Assembly: GCF_004010195.1 (NCBI RefSeq) | Contig: NC_057711.1 | Coordinates: 77,090,685 to 77,144,178, forward strand | Origin: Chiloscyllium plagiosum | Taxonomy: Eukaryota | Length of the DNA stretch: 53,494 bases | Reading direction: 5' to 3' | Position numbers and translations under genes: made by a program | Part shown: piece by piece, positions 1-10,209 of the stretch | Numbering within the stretch: position 1 is the stretch's first letter | Layout of the letters: every line of letters starts with the position of its first letter | Notes under the pieces: model-generated | Seen by the model: only the letters and a program-made list of their open reading frames with translations | What the model was told of the DNA's origin: nothing | Databases searched by the model: none

Positions 1-129
1 TGTTTTTTAAATTTAATAGCAAATTTAGAACTTTATTCAATTTCAGCATGCGTTCTGAAGTCTGCCCATTTGGATAGTGAATACATTGCCATTACGGGTG
101 TAAAAGCAAAGTGTGGCGAGGTTTTTCTT

Positions 130-520
130 CAGTCACTAGATGTGGACATCACTGACAAGGTCAGCATTTATTGCCTATACTAAAATTATGTTAGGGAGGA
201 AGATCCATATTGTGACCTAATATACTGAAGTAACAGCAATATCAGATCAGGATGGTCAGTTGCTTGAACAGCAATTTGTAGGTGGTGATCCCATGTATCT
301 GTAGCCTTTGTCCTTCTAGATGATAATACTCACAGATTTAGAGGGTGCTGCCTCAGGAGCCTTAGTGAATTGAGGCAGTATATAGTATATTGCTAATGGT
401 ACACACTGCTGCTACTGTGCATTGGTGGTGGAGGGAATGAATATTTGTGGTTGTGATGCCAATCAAGTGGCTTTGTCTTTTGTTATTATGGTGGCAAGTG
501 TTGTTCAGAGGGTTTTCTGA
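130..520 (-). mobile_element. Decayed 3' end of an L2/CR1-superfamily LINE (or SINE sharing its tail)
   Basis: GATGTGGACATCACTGACAAGGTCAGCATTTATTGCC is the reverse complement of the GGGCAATAAATGCTG...CCACATC tail also seen at ~24760-24810; followed by decayed LINE-like sequence. Confidence 0.6.
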
Positions 521-1659
521 CTTGGCATCAAGTTAGAATGGAGCTACAAAGAGCCAGGCAAATGGGCATAAATGGGAATGGAAATATTAGCAATCATTGG
601 GGTGATTGGAAGGCATAGATGGAGATCGGGGTGAAGGTGGAGAAGGGGATTAAGGGTGAAAACTGGATACCATGTTAAATTTTTTTCTTTAAAGATACAG
701 CACAGTGTCAAAGCACCAAGGTTGATCTCTTGCCCAGATGACTTTGCACCTAACAGCTCCCAAACTCTTCCAGGGGACTGCAGCCACATAAAACCTGGAA
801 CAAAATCTGAATCTCTGCATTTCTTTATCGCCAAGTCAGTTTTATGGAGCTGTAGATTGCTCCAACTCTGTACTCCCTATCCAGGAACACAACTTCAGGT
901 CTTGGTCACAAGGAATTTTAAGAGTCAATTACATTTTACATCAAACAGGGTCTATTGATCACATAATTAAAACAGCTCATAAACCCAACATCAGCATTAA
1001 TATACCAACATCAGCAATATTAATCATTCACTTTTGATCTTGCTGTGTTAACAGCTTTAATGTTTCAACAACATTTGACGATAGAGCATAAGTTACTGGT
1101 ACCAAATGAATATGAAATATTACAAAAATGAACTTTTTAAATAGTCATGAAACCATTTCTAATTTATGTAGGCTTTATGGCCAAACTGAGCCAAAGTGGC
1201 AGCACTGATCTCATGCCAAATTATGCCCATCACTGCTTAAATCTTACGTGGAAATTGTCAAGAAGTCAGTTTGACTTTGTCATGTTCCTGAAGCATGTTA
1301 GGTGATGAGTTCCTACTTTGTACAAAATTCTTTCCTTTCATTTTTCTATCGGGATAAAATTTTTCTCCATAGCTGTCCTTTCAGACTTGTATGCTTTTTA
1401 AATACCTCAACCAGATCTCCTCTGCCTTCTATTTTCAAGCAAATACAAATTAAGCCTAAGCAGCTATTTGCAATTTAATCTCATTTCCTAGTATCATTCT
1501 AGCAAATCTGTACCAAGCCCGCTACAAAGGTCTGGATATCTTTGTATGGTTGCTAGCCAAAAACCCATCACTTTGTACTTCACAGGAGATCTAACCATCA
1601 TCTACACAACTGAAACAAAAATTCTTCCCCCTTCCATTACTTAAACTGATGTTTTCTGT

Positions 1660-1956
1660 GGTTAAATGTGAGGTATTACATGTTGGTATTACAAATAAAG
1701 GCAGGACTTATACAGTTAATGGTAGGGCCTTCAGCAGTGTTGTAGAACAGAGACCTAGGGGTTCAGGTTGATAGGTTTTGAATGCTGCATCACAGGTAGA
1801 CAGGGTGGTTAAGAAGACATGGAGCATGCGTGCCTTCATTGCTCAGATCAATGAATATAAGAGTTGGATGTCATGTTGAGGCTGTACAGGACGTTGGTGA
1901 GGCTACTTTTGGAATACTGTGTACAGTTCTGGTCACCCTGTTATAGGAAGGGATAC
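1660..1956 (+). mobile_element. CR1 LINE ORF2 C-terminal fragment, left half (split by a DNA transposon)
   Basis: Reads RDLGVQV..., MLRLYRTLVRLLLEYCVQFWSPCYRK (typical CR1 RT C-terminal motif); sequence continues at ~3734. Confidence 0.9.
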
Positions 1957-1958
1957 TA

Positions 1959-3733
1959 CAGATAGTTCTTGGACAAGGTGTGTTCCCACAATGCGATTTG
2001 GCTATAACATCGCTGAAGAATTAGAGAATGGTATTTTGGAGAACGCTTACCTCCACTGGCAATAGCATGATTCTAGCAGGGATCGGTTTGTGTGCCTCAT
2101 TCTGCGCATGCGCCAATGTCCTTGCCAAAGTCTGTGTGCATGTGCAATGTCAGTGCCAGTCTTCATAACAATCTGCACATGCACCAATATCAGCAGCTGA
2201 CAGAGCAGCTTTCTGTGAGAGATACTGTACCAACACTGCTGTACAGACCTCGCCAGAGACTGACTCAACACATTAATCTATTTCTTACCCACAGACTCCC
2301 TCAGCTACCTTGACTACACTGTCTCTCACCCCGCTTTCCTGTAAAACACAATCCCTCACTCCCAATTCATCCGTATTTGCTCCCAAGAGGAGCAATTCCA
2401 CTCCAGGACATACCAGATGGCCTCCTATTTCAAGGACCGCAATTTCCCCTCCCACATAATCAACAACGCCCTCCAGTGAATCTCTTCCAGTTCCCATACC
2501 TCCGCCCTTGAGCGCCATCCCTCTAACTGCAAAAAGGATAGAACACCACACCCCCCACCTCCACCACCGCTCCCAGTCCTCAGCTTCCACTCCACTAATC
2601 TCCAGATCCAGCACATTATCCTCTGCCATTTCCGCCACCTACAATCAGACCCCACCAAAGATATATTTCCCTCCCCACCCCTATCTGCATTCCACAGAGA
2701 CCATTCCTTTTGTAACTCCTTCGTTAGGACCACAGTTCCCACCAACCAACCCTCCACACTCGGCATCTTCCCTTGCTGCCACATGAGCTGTAAAATCTGT
2801 GACCACATCTCCCCGTACATCCTCCGTCCAAGGCCCCAAAAGACCTTTTCACATCTGTCAGAGATTTTCCTGCACATCCACTCACCTCATCTACTTTGTC
2901 CATTGCTCTTTATGTGATCTTTTCTACATCATGAAGACAGGACGCCAACTCGCGCAGCATTTCAAGGTACATCTCTAGAACACAGGCACTTAACAACCCC
3001 ACTGCACTGAGACTGACCACTTCAACTCCCCCTCCCACTCCACCAAGGACATGCAAGTCTTGAGCCTCCTCCACTGACAAATCAAAGCCTCCCACCAACT
3101 TGAATGCATCAACTACCGCCTTGGGACCCTTCAACCACACAGCATCAACATCGACTTCACCAGTTTCCAAATCTCCCCTCCCACCTCATCCCAGATCCAA
3201 TCCTCCAGCTCAGCACTGCCCTCTTGACCTGTCCTACCTGTCCATCGACCTTCCCCCTATCAACTCCACCCTCCCCACTGACCTATCACAATAAACCTCC
3301 ACCTGCATCCACCTATTGCCTTCCCAGCTTCCTTCCTCCCAGCACCAAAACCAACCCCCACTGATCCCTCAACCCCCTTCCTCCTTCACATTCCTGATGA
3401 AGGGCTTATGCCTGAAACACCGACTCTCCTGCTCCTCAGATGCTGCCTGACCTGCTGTGTTTTTTCAGCCTTGTACAGACAGCAGATTTCTTACATCCTT
3501 TTAAATGTATTGTGTTAAAATTTAGTTTTGTTTCATTAATAAATATGATTTCAAACTTTATTCAGGCTGTGCTATACTTAGTGTTAGACTTTTGGGTGAT
3601 TTTATGAGCAATCATGCTTGATATTTACTGCTGGTCTTCCCCAGCCTCACTTTTCCCACTGGCCCCATTATTTCTATTAAGTGATTTTCTATTAAGCAAG
3701 GTTTCGCTGAACACAACTACAGTGTTATAGGAG
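1959..3733. mobile_element. Tigger/pogo-type (Tc1-mariner) non-autonomous element, interrupted by a Penelope fragment
   Basis: Starts TA|CAGATAGTTCT; 1959-2100 and 3660-3733 resemble the two halves of the MITEs at 9937-10162 and 19039-19256 (e.g. GCCCCATTA...TTTCTATT...AACTACAGTGTTATAG); right TIR looks truncated. Confidence 0.55.
2255..3470 (+). mobile_element. Penelope-like retroelement, 3' part (RT thumb, GIY-YIG endonuclease, pLTR with hammerhead motif), degenerate
   Basis: Broken frames read PTDSLSYLDY / ICSQEEQFHSRTYQMASYFKDRNFP / QRFSCTSTHLIYFVHCSLCDLFYIMKTGRQL; ends with CTGATGA-AGGGCTTATGCCT-GAAAC at 3394-3418. Confidence 0.9.
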
Positions 3734-4203
3734 TATTAAATAGGAGAGGATTCAGAAAAGATTCACCAGGATGTTGCTGGGAATGGAGGGCTTGTGTTAC
3801 AGGGATGGGTTGAGAGATTTTCACTCGAGCGTAGGAGGTTGAGGAGTGACCTTGTAGAGGTTTATAAAGTCATGAGAGCCATAGATAAGAGGAATAGCAA
3901 AGGTCTTTTCTCTAGGGTGGGGGAGTTCAAAACCTGGGGACGTATCTTTAAGGTGAGAAGAGAAAGATTTAAAAAGGGGCCTGGGGGCAAATTTTTCAAA
4001 GAGGTGTGTATAAACTGCCAGAGGAAGTGATAGATGCAGGTACAGTTACAGCACTGAAGACACATTTGGACAGGTACATGAATAGGAAAGATTTAAAGGG
4101 ATATGGGCCAAATGCAGGCAAATGGGACTAGTTTAGCTTGGGAAACTGAGTCAGCATGGATGAGTTATTGAAGGGTCGGTTTCCGTGTTTTATGAGATTA
4201 TAA
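3734..4203 (+). mobile_element. CR1 LINE 3' end, right half
   Basis: ORF 3794-4030 FSLERRRLRSDLVEVYKVMR...KTWGRIFKVR, then CR1 3' UTR ending GAAGGGTCGGTTTCCGTGTTTTATGAGATTATAAC. Confidence 0.9.
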
Positions 4204-4639
4204 CAGCTTGTCATTGTATGCCAACTCTGTGTCCTCAGCTGTACAGAGTAATTGTTTTCTCTAAGTACAGTTGATTGCAGATTAGCAATGCTTCCAGGAA
4301 ACCATCTTTAGAAATGAGCAGATTTCACTAAGATAGCTTTAGGAAACCCTGAAAGGAAGGAGTTAATACTTCTGAGAGAAAAAAAAACTACATGCAGTCT
4401 CAAATGCAGATGCAACCACAATAAGCGATAATACTACCGCACCTGGCAGCCCTCCAGGGATGGCTAGCAATATTCAGTTATTCCAAAACCATACATGGTC
4501 ATTTTTACTCCTGGCTAAGTTTAGGGAATGTCATGCTTTGTTTGCAGTTCCTTGAGCATCAGAATCTGTTGCTTCAGAACTTTATTTTTATATGTTTTGC
4601 TTTGCTTTCTTCCCATGCGACTTTAATAAATTTAGGCAT

Positions 4640-4975
4640 TTACAAGATGTAGCCATTGCTGGCTGGGACAGCATTTATTAGGGGGGAAAGTGAGGACTGC
4701 AGATGCTGGAGATCAGAGCTGAAAATGTGTTGGTGGAAAAGCGCAGCAGGTCAGGCAGCATCCAAGGAACAGGAGAATCGACGTTTCGGGCATTTATTAC
4801 CCTGGAGGAGTTGATGGTGAGCTGGCTTGAGCTGTAGGTACATCCACAGTGCTGTTAAAGAAGGAGTTCATGATTCTGACCCAGCAATGGTGAAGGAATG
4901 GTGATATAATTCCAAGTCAGAATTTTGTATGGCTTGGAGGAGAACTTGCATTGGTGTTTCCAATCATCTACAGAC
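4640..4975 (-). mobile_element. Decayed L2-like LINE/SINE 3' tail hosting a PLE mini-insertion
   Basis: GATGTAGCCATTGCTGGCTGGGACAGCATTTATT matches the tail at 130-175 and 38535-38585. Confidence 0.6.
4681..4789 (-). mobile_element. Penelope pLTR mini-insertion (~110 bp) with 10-bp TSD
   Basis: Near-identical to the pLTR unit at 8728-8920; flanked by GCATTTATTA at 4671-4680 and 4790-4799; truncated inside the hammerhead stem II. Confidence 0.85.
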
Positions 4976-4977
4976 TT

Positions 4978-5200
4978 GAGACAAGAGTTCAGCTTCCAGG
5001 AATGTCTGTAGTCAATTTCATTGATGAACTCCACAAATTGGTGGAATGTTCAATATGGTGCTTTAAAATCTGAATTCATTAAGAGACAGGATTTCTGTGT
5101 GAATTCTTGATGAAGCACCATCAGACTTTTTTATAGACGAAGAAAGATTAAACTTTGGAGAAAGTTATTCAAATTGTGTGGGCAACCGAAGCCAAATAAA
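4978..5200 (+). mobile_element. Gypsy/Ty3 LTR retrotransposon gag remnant
   Basis: Frameshifted translation RVQLPGMSVVNFIDELHKLVEC / QYGALKSEFI / RDRI / ILDEAPSDF / TLEKVIQIVWATEA fits the Gypsy gag pattern RxQxxGESVxxFIxxLxxLAxxCxYG...IRDR...LTLxKA. Confidence 0.7.
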
Positions 5201-5869
5201 CTCCTACAGAGATTCTTTGAGAAAAAGACTGACACATATAGCAGCAGACTCTATTAACTTTATAATACACAGGCTCTCTAGAGAGGCATGTGACAAGCCT
5301 ATACAGAGAACGAGCTAAAACTCTGATGCAAATAATTAAGGTTAGCATTGCAGGACATTGTCCAGGTATCATTAAGAATGCAAATCTCAACATCTCTTCC
5401 AGAAGATGCACAGAAGGCAGAGGGGGGAATCCTACATTTCCTTGGCAAAGTGTTGACTTCTGTGGAGTGATTCCTGCCAATAAGACTGCTACATTCCTCT
5501 AAGATTGTAGAATCCTGAAGCGGAGTTATCCACTTCCGGGAGGACTGGCTGAGTGAATCATGCTACTATTCGGTTCATTCCATCTCCAGGGTGTCCACAG
5601 TCTTCCCTGTTCTGCCAGACCTAGTGTAATCCTCAACTCTCAGCTACCTCACGCTTATCGGTGCCCCTGCATCCACCTCCCAGCAATGTGTGTGCTGTGA
5701 CACCTCCCTCTTGTGTGAATTGATTGTCCTCACTTGGTCTTATTATCTACCCCATCCTCTGACACCACTGATCCTGCATGCCCTCCATACTGCTTCCTCG
5801 ATCCCTCAGAACACATCAACACCAATCTCCCCCATACACACCTGCTCGAACAGCCATCCCACCCATTCT

Positions 5870-6030
5870 CAATTTGTCCCTTTCTTTCATTACAAAGAAG
5901 ACATACCAGAACAGCGTGGATCTATGTGGATCAAGGTGTTGAGGTGACGGGTGTCTGTGCCCTTGCCCCCTCCAAGAAAAGGTTATATGCCCTGACAGAA
6001 GACAGGGACACTCCTACAGAGATGTGGAAA
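5870..6030 (+). mobile_element. Possible Harbinger Myb/SANT-like accessory gene remnant
   Basis: GVEVTGVCALAPSKKRLYALTEDRD loosely resembles the GGGx..LTPxEERxLxLxGED segment after the SANT domain in fish/shark Harbinger accessory proteins; lies in a GC-richer block (~5500-7560). Recalled similarity only. Confidence 0.3.
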
Positions 6031-7589
6031 CATTCATGCCCCAACACCTGAGTCAGTAACACTTGGGATCACACTGCAATGGTCACATTAATGAGGCATG
6101 TAACACTATGGCTAACCAGAGGCTTCATTGTCATCTGCTTTTCAAGCACTACAACCATCCTTCCAAGGATCAGCTTTTCTCTGGCTTGACTTCCTCAAGC
6201 TTCCCAAACAAAAGTGCAAGGGGATTGCCGAGATCATCGTGGAGCCTTCAGAAGGCTGGTGAAGGCATCTCAGTGAATTCTGTAAGGGGACACGGTGAAT
6301 CTGACACACCACCCAAATCGCAGGTGGGTAAGGGAAGAATACCCTAGGCCACTGGCAATTGACCTCTGCTAGGGACCATGTACTTGCTGATTCCTCAGCA
6401 GGTGGTGACCCTGGGGACTTGGTGATAAGGAATTTTGTCAAAAAGCACAAGGAGGAGTGATGACAGGCAGGCATACAGGACATGCACTGACCCTCATGTA
6501 GTGATGCAGCCAGTCCAGCAACAGACTGCTCTTCATCACCAGATACTGCAGCAGTGCAGCTAGTTCTGTGACCGTCTGTGCGCCCCTATCCATGGCAGCT
6601 GTCATGGAAAGACAGTAATATGACCCTCGGGGGTTGCTGCTGAGGTGACAATGCTTGCACTCCACTGCTCCATGCACTGGTCTTCAGAACCAAAGGTAGA
6701 GTCAAGTGGGTCTTGGAGCCTTGAACCTAGTCAGGTGCCACTCCACCACCGACTCCCTCTCACAAAGAGGCAGAACATTACCACAAGACACCCAGAGGAG
6801 GTGTCACACAGAGTCTCTCAACAATCTCCATGCAGAAGACTAAGGAGATTGTTTGGGTCATCCACTTCCATCCTGCCGCACCCCCACACCTTCAGATGAC
6901 TGAACATTCCAGTCAAAAATGGTCAGAATAATATGCTCTGCATTCCTGGCCTATCCAAACCCAATCATCCCCAGAGCTACCCGATTAAACCTCTAGGTCA
7001 ACAGGCTCCATGACTCTACGGAGCACCCATCTGCAGAGCAGGGGAGCTCACTGTATCAAAGCAGGAGGACAGGGGAAGAATACTGAGCAATGGTTGGGAA
7101 ATTCATGTAAATAGTTCTGCAAACACTGTTGAAAGTTTGCATTCAAACAACATCAGGTCAATAGTTATTACATCTCATAATTCATGCTTCACCAATCATA
7201 CAGTTGTCCTTGTATTTGTTTTTCCTGTAGAGGTCTCATCGTGCCCTGTGGCATCATTCCTTAGCCATTCATGAGGTGCAATGGTGGGGACTGTACAATG
7301 AGTGCCAAATACATTATGTGGGGGAGGTACAGCAATATTTACATAGTCCTACATCTTCGACACCAAACCCACAACCCTTTATTATTGCCTACTGTTTAGC
7401 TTGCTGTGTGCACAGAACTGTGCATCTCGGAGTTCCTCAGCAGGACAGCCAGGGAATAGGAATCCCGCATACCTGGGTTGCCCATAAGAAGTGCTGGAGG
7501 ACAATGTTGCGTGACTGCATTTGGATACAAGCCGCTCCCTCGTAAATCAGCTCATTTACGCCACCCATTGAGAGTCCCTTCACAGTCGT

Positions 7590-7950
7590 TCGCCTGTTTT
7601 AAAAATCATGAGGGACCTAGACAAAGCAGAGATAGAGAGAAACTGTGCCTATTCAATAAAGGACCAAGAACCTGGGGGTGCAGATTTAAAGAGTTTTGCA
7701 AAAGAAGCAAATGTGAGGTGATCAAGAACTCCATAGAGCGAGTAATTACTGCATAGAATGGACTGTCTGAATGTATGGTGGAGACAGGCTCAATTCAGGG
7801 TTTTGTGAAAGAACATTGAAGGATTATTTCAGTAGAAACAATGTGCAGGGTTAGGAAAAGGCAGGAGATTGGCACTAATTTAAAATCCTCAAAGCTGGTG
7901 CAGACACATGTGCCAAATGGCCTCCTTTTGAACACCGCAATTCTGTGGTA
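7590..7950 (+). mobile_element. CR1 LINE 3' fragment, old
   Basis: FKNHEGPRQSRDREKL...PRTWGCRFK plus a CR1-type 3' UTR. Confidence 0.75.
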
Positions 7951-8311
7951 CTCACTGAGGAAGAGATTTCCAAACACATTTCAGCTAAACAGACTACTAA
8001 AAATAAGCTAGTTGTTAATTTACAGCATCATTCAACTTTGCAAAAACAAGGTACTGCTTTATTTTAAGGGCCAAGCTCCTTTTGTAACTACCACTGTGAG
8101 ACCATTGAAACAGAAAATAATTTGCCATAAAATTTCATATCCCAGCATTTATATCATTTTCATCACATCTGAAGTTTCTTCTAAGAATGGTGGGGGAATA
8201 TACTTTTTTCGCCAGAAGAAATTTTAATTACAGTAAACTTACATGGATAATATTCATGTGGCATAACTAACTTTGTCATTCTGCCCCATATTTAACTCAG
8301 TATTTTGTCAC

Positions 8312-8540
8312 AAAAACAGAAATTCCTGAAGAGACTCAACAAGTGTAGCAGCGTCTGTGGGAAGAAAGTAGAGTTCACATTTCAAGTATGCTGAATCTTC
8401 ATCAGAACTATTCTGATGAGTCACTGGAGTTGAAATATTAACTCTACTTTCTCTGCACAGATGCTGCCAGACCTGCTGAATCTCTTCAGCAATGTCTGTT
8501 TGTGTCAGATCTCCAGCGTCCACAGTTCTTTGTTTTATTT
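8312..8540. mobile_element. Older hairpin-shaped Penelope pLTR mini-element (different subfamily)
   Basis: Imperfect inverted arms around CTTCATCAGAAC...TTCTGATGAG (two back-to-back CTGATGA motifs, ~8397-8420); right arm AGATGCTGCCAGACCTGCTGA...CAGATCTCCAGCGTC. Confidence 0.7.
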
Positions 8541-8727
8541 CAGCATTTGTAAGCTCTTCATTAAGGCAGCACAAATTAATCCCACCACTTTTCATTCTCT
8601 CTGCTACTTGATATCTATCTCTGCTTTATACAGTTATTTAATATTTTAGCAATCTTCAAGATAAAAACCCTCTTGCATTTCTTCAGGAGGTTAGCAATAA
8701 ACAACATACTGACCATATCCAACTAGC

Positions 8728-8920
8728 TGAAAATGTGTTGCTGGAAAAGCGCAGCAGGTCAGGCAGCATCCAGGGAACAGGAGAATCGACGTTTCGGGCA
8801 TAAGCCCTTCTTCAGGAACGTCGATTCTCCTGTTCCCTGGATGCTGCCTGATCTGCTGCGCTTTTCCAGCAACACATTTTCAGCTCTGATCTCCAGCATC
8901 TGCAGACCTCACTTTCTCCT
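8728..8920. mobile_element. Young hairpin Penelope pLTR mini-element with 14-bp TSD
   Basis: 69-bp inverted arms (8725-8793 / 8817-8885, 1 mismatch); CATATCCAACTAGC at 8714-8727 and 8921-8934. Confidence 0.92.
8785..8819 (-). ncRNA. Minimal type I hammerhead ribozyme motif (PLE type), core intact
   Basis: Minus strand reads TTC-CTGAAGA-A-GGGC-TTAT-GCCC-GAAACGTC-GAT: CUGANGA box, 4-bp stem II, GAAA, palindromic ACGU helix III, GUC cleavage triplet; stem I is weak. Confidence 0.7.
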
Positions 8921-9299
8921 CATATCCAACTAGCCCATGCCTGAAAAACTCACAACAGTTTCCAACATTAGAAGTGATACCATGATTGGGCATCATTTGC
9001 AGGACAATCCTGGCTATGTGAAAATAAATTAGGATTACCAGCTAGAATTGCAATGTAGCACATTTCCATGGACTGGAAGCTAAATATGGTAATATGAAGG
9101 CCTCCATTCTTTGCAGACAGAAGGAACATGTACACGTATTGCCTATGCTTCACTTCAAAAGAATAGGTGACCAGCCTTTGCTGTCTCATTTCTTAAGTCA
9201 ATGCCCTGATCAAATGGAGTTAATCTGCATTTTTAATATTTATATGAACCCTGGCAGTTAATGGTCAGCCATTACTAGCTGGTGCTCCATGTCAATTCT

Positions 9300-9470
9300 T
9301 CATGGCAATGCCTCTACCAATCAGAGTCCACACACCAACCAATCAGCACGCTCCTCTCAGATTATAAATGCTGATTTTCTCCTGGTATTGGTTTTCTTGC
9401 AAATTCTTCTGAGGAGTGCAAAATGAAAAACTTCAACAAAATGTGTTACTCTTTCAGCAATACTCAAATT
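9300..9470 (+). mobile_element. Decayed Penelope-type pLTR (CCAAT x2, TATA, degenerate hammerhead)
   Basis: ACCAATCAG twice, TATAAAT, then CTGAGGAGTGCAAAATGAAAAA, a degenerate CTGANGA...GAAA motif. Confidence 0.5.
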
Positions 9471-9936
9471 CTATTATTGACTATTTTTGCCTTAGAAATT
9501 ACCTTAAAGTGCACATCAAACACAATTCCACTTAAGATAAATACTAAGAAAAGAAAGAGTTTATGCTAGTTAACCATGAAGGTGTAGAGCCAAAATTTTA
9601 TGTTTAACCAAAACTTAAAAATTCAAGCCACGAGATGCCTTGTAAAAGAACACAAAGGTGTCCTGGTTTGTCTGGAGTTGTATGAAAATTTTTGTGGATA
9701 AAGAACTGAAAAAGAAACAAACAAGTAATCTATCTTTAGGTGCCTGAACCAATTGACTTGGAGGTTGCCAGGGCTACCAAACTTGCTGTGTGGGGTGATC
9801 ACCACCAGAAAAGCCACTCAGATTGCACAGAAATCTTTAAAAATCTTTGGCAGTAATGTCAATTTTTGATTTAATTCTAATTCTTTCAGTGGTCTTTGCT
9901 ATAATAGGTATAGAAATATTCTGCCTTTTTTATATA

Positions 9937-10162
9937 CAAGCTGTTTTGCTATACCACATTAACACAAATTCATTAACACAAATTCGTTATAACAGGATTG
10001 ACAAATTGGGGTCACTGTTTCTAAAGCACGAACTTTTATGTCATTTATTGGTTATAAATCGATTCCAGCCCCATTAGTTTAAATGGTGCTGCTATTACAC
10101 AATTCTCTTATAACACGGGTTTGCACAAGAATAGAACTACTACGTTCTAACAGAGCTGACTG
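9937..10162. mobile_element. Tc1/mariner (Tigger/pogo-like) MITE
   Basis: TA flanks; imperfect TIRs CAAGCTGTTTTGCTATAC / GTTCTAACAGAGCTGACTG; interior is the reverse complement of the copy at 19039-19256 (TTTAAATGGTGCTGC). Confidence 0.8.
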
Positions 10163-10209
10163 TATATATATGTATATATATATATATATATACATATTAT
10201 ATATATATA
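10163..10209. repeat. (TA)n microsatellite at the MITE TA target site
   Basis: Interrupted TA run directly after the MITE end. Confidence 0.9.

Noticed and set aside
7380..7425. IIAYCLACCVHRT resembling Harbinger transposase IIxACCVLHN
   Set aside because: Too short, and no DDE-region motifs are visible nearby.
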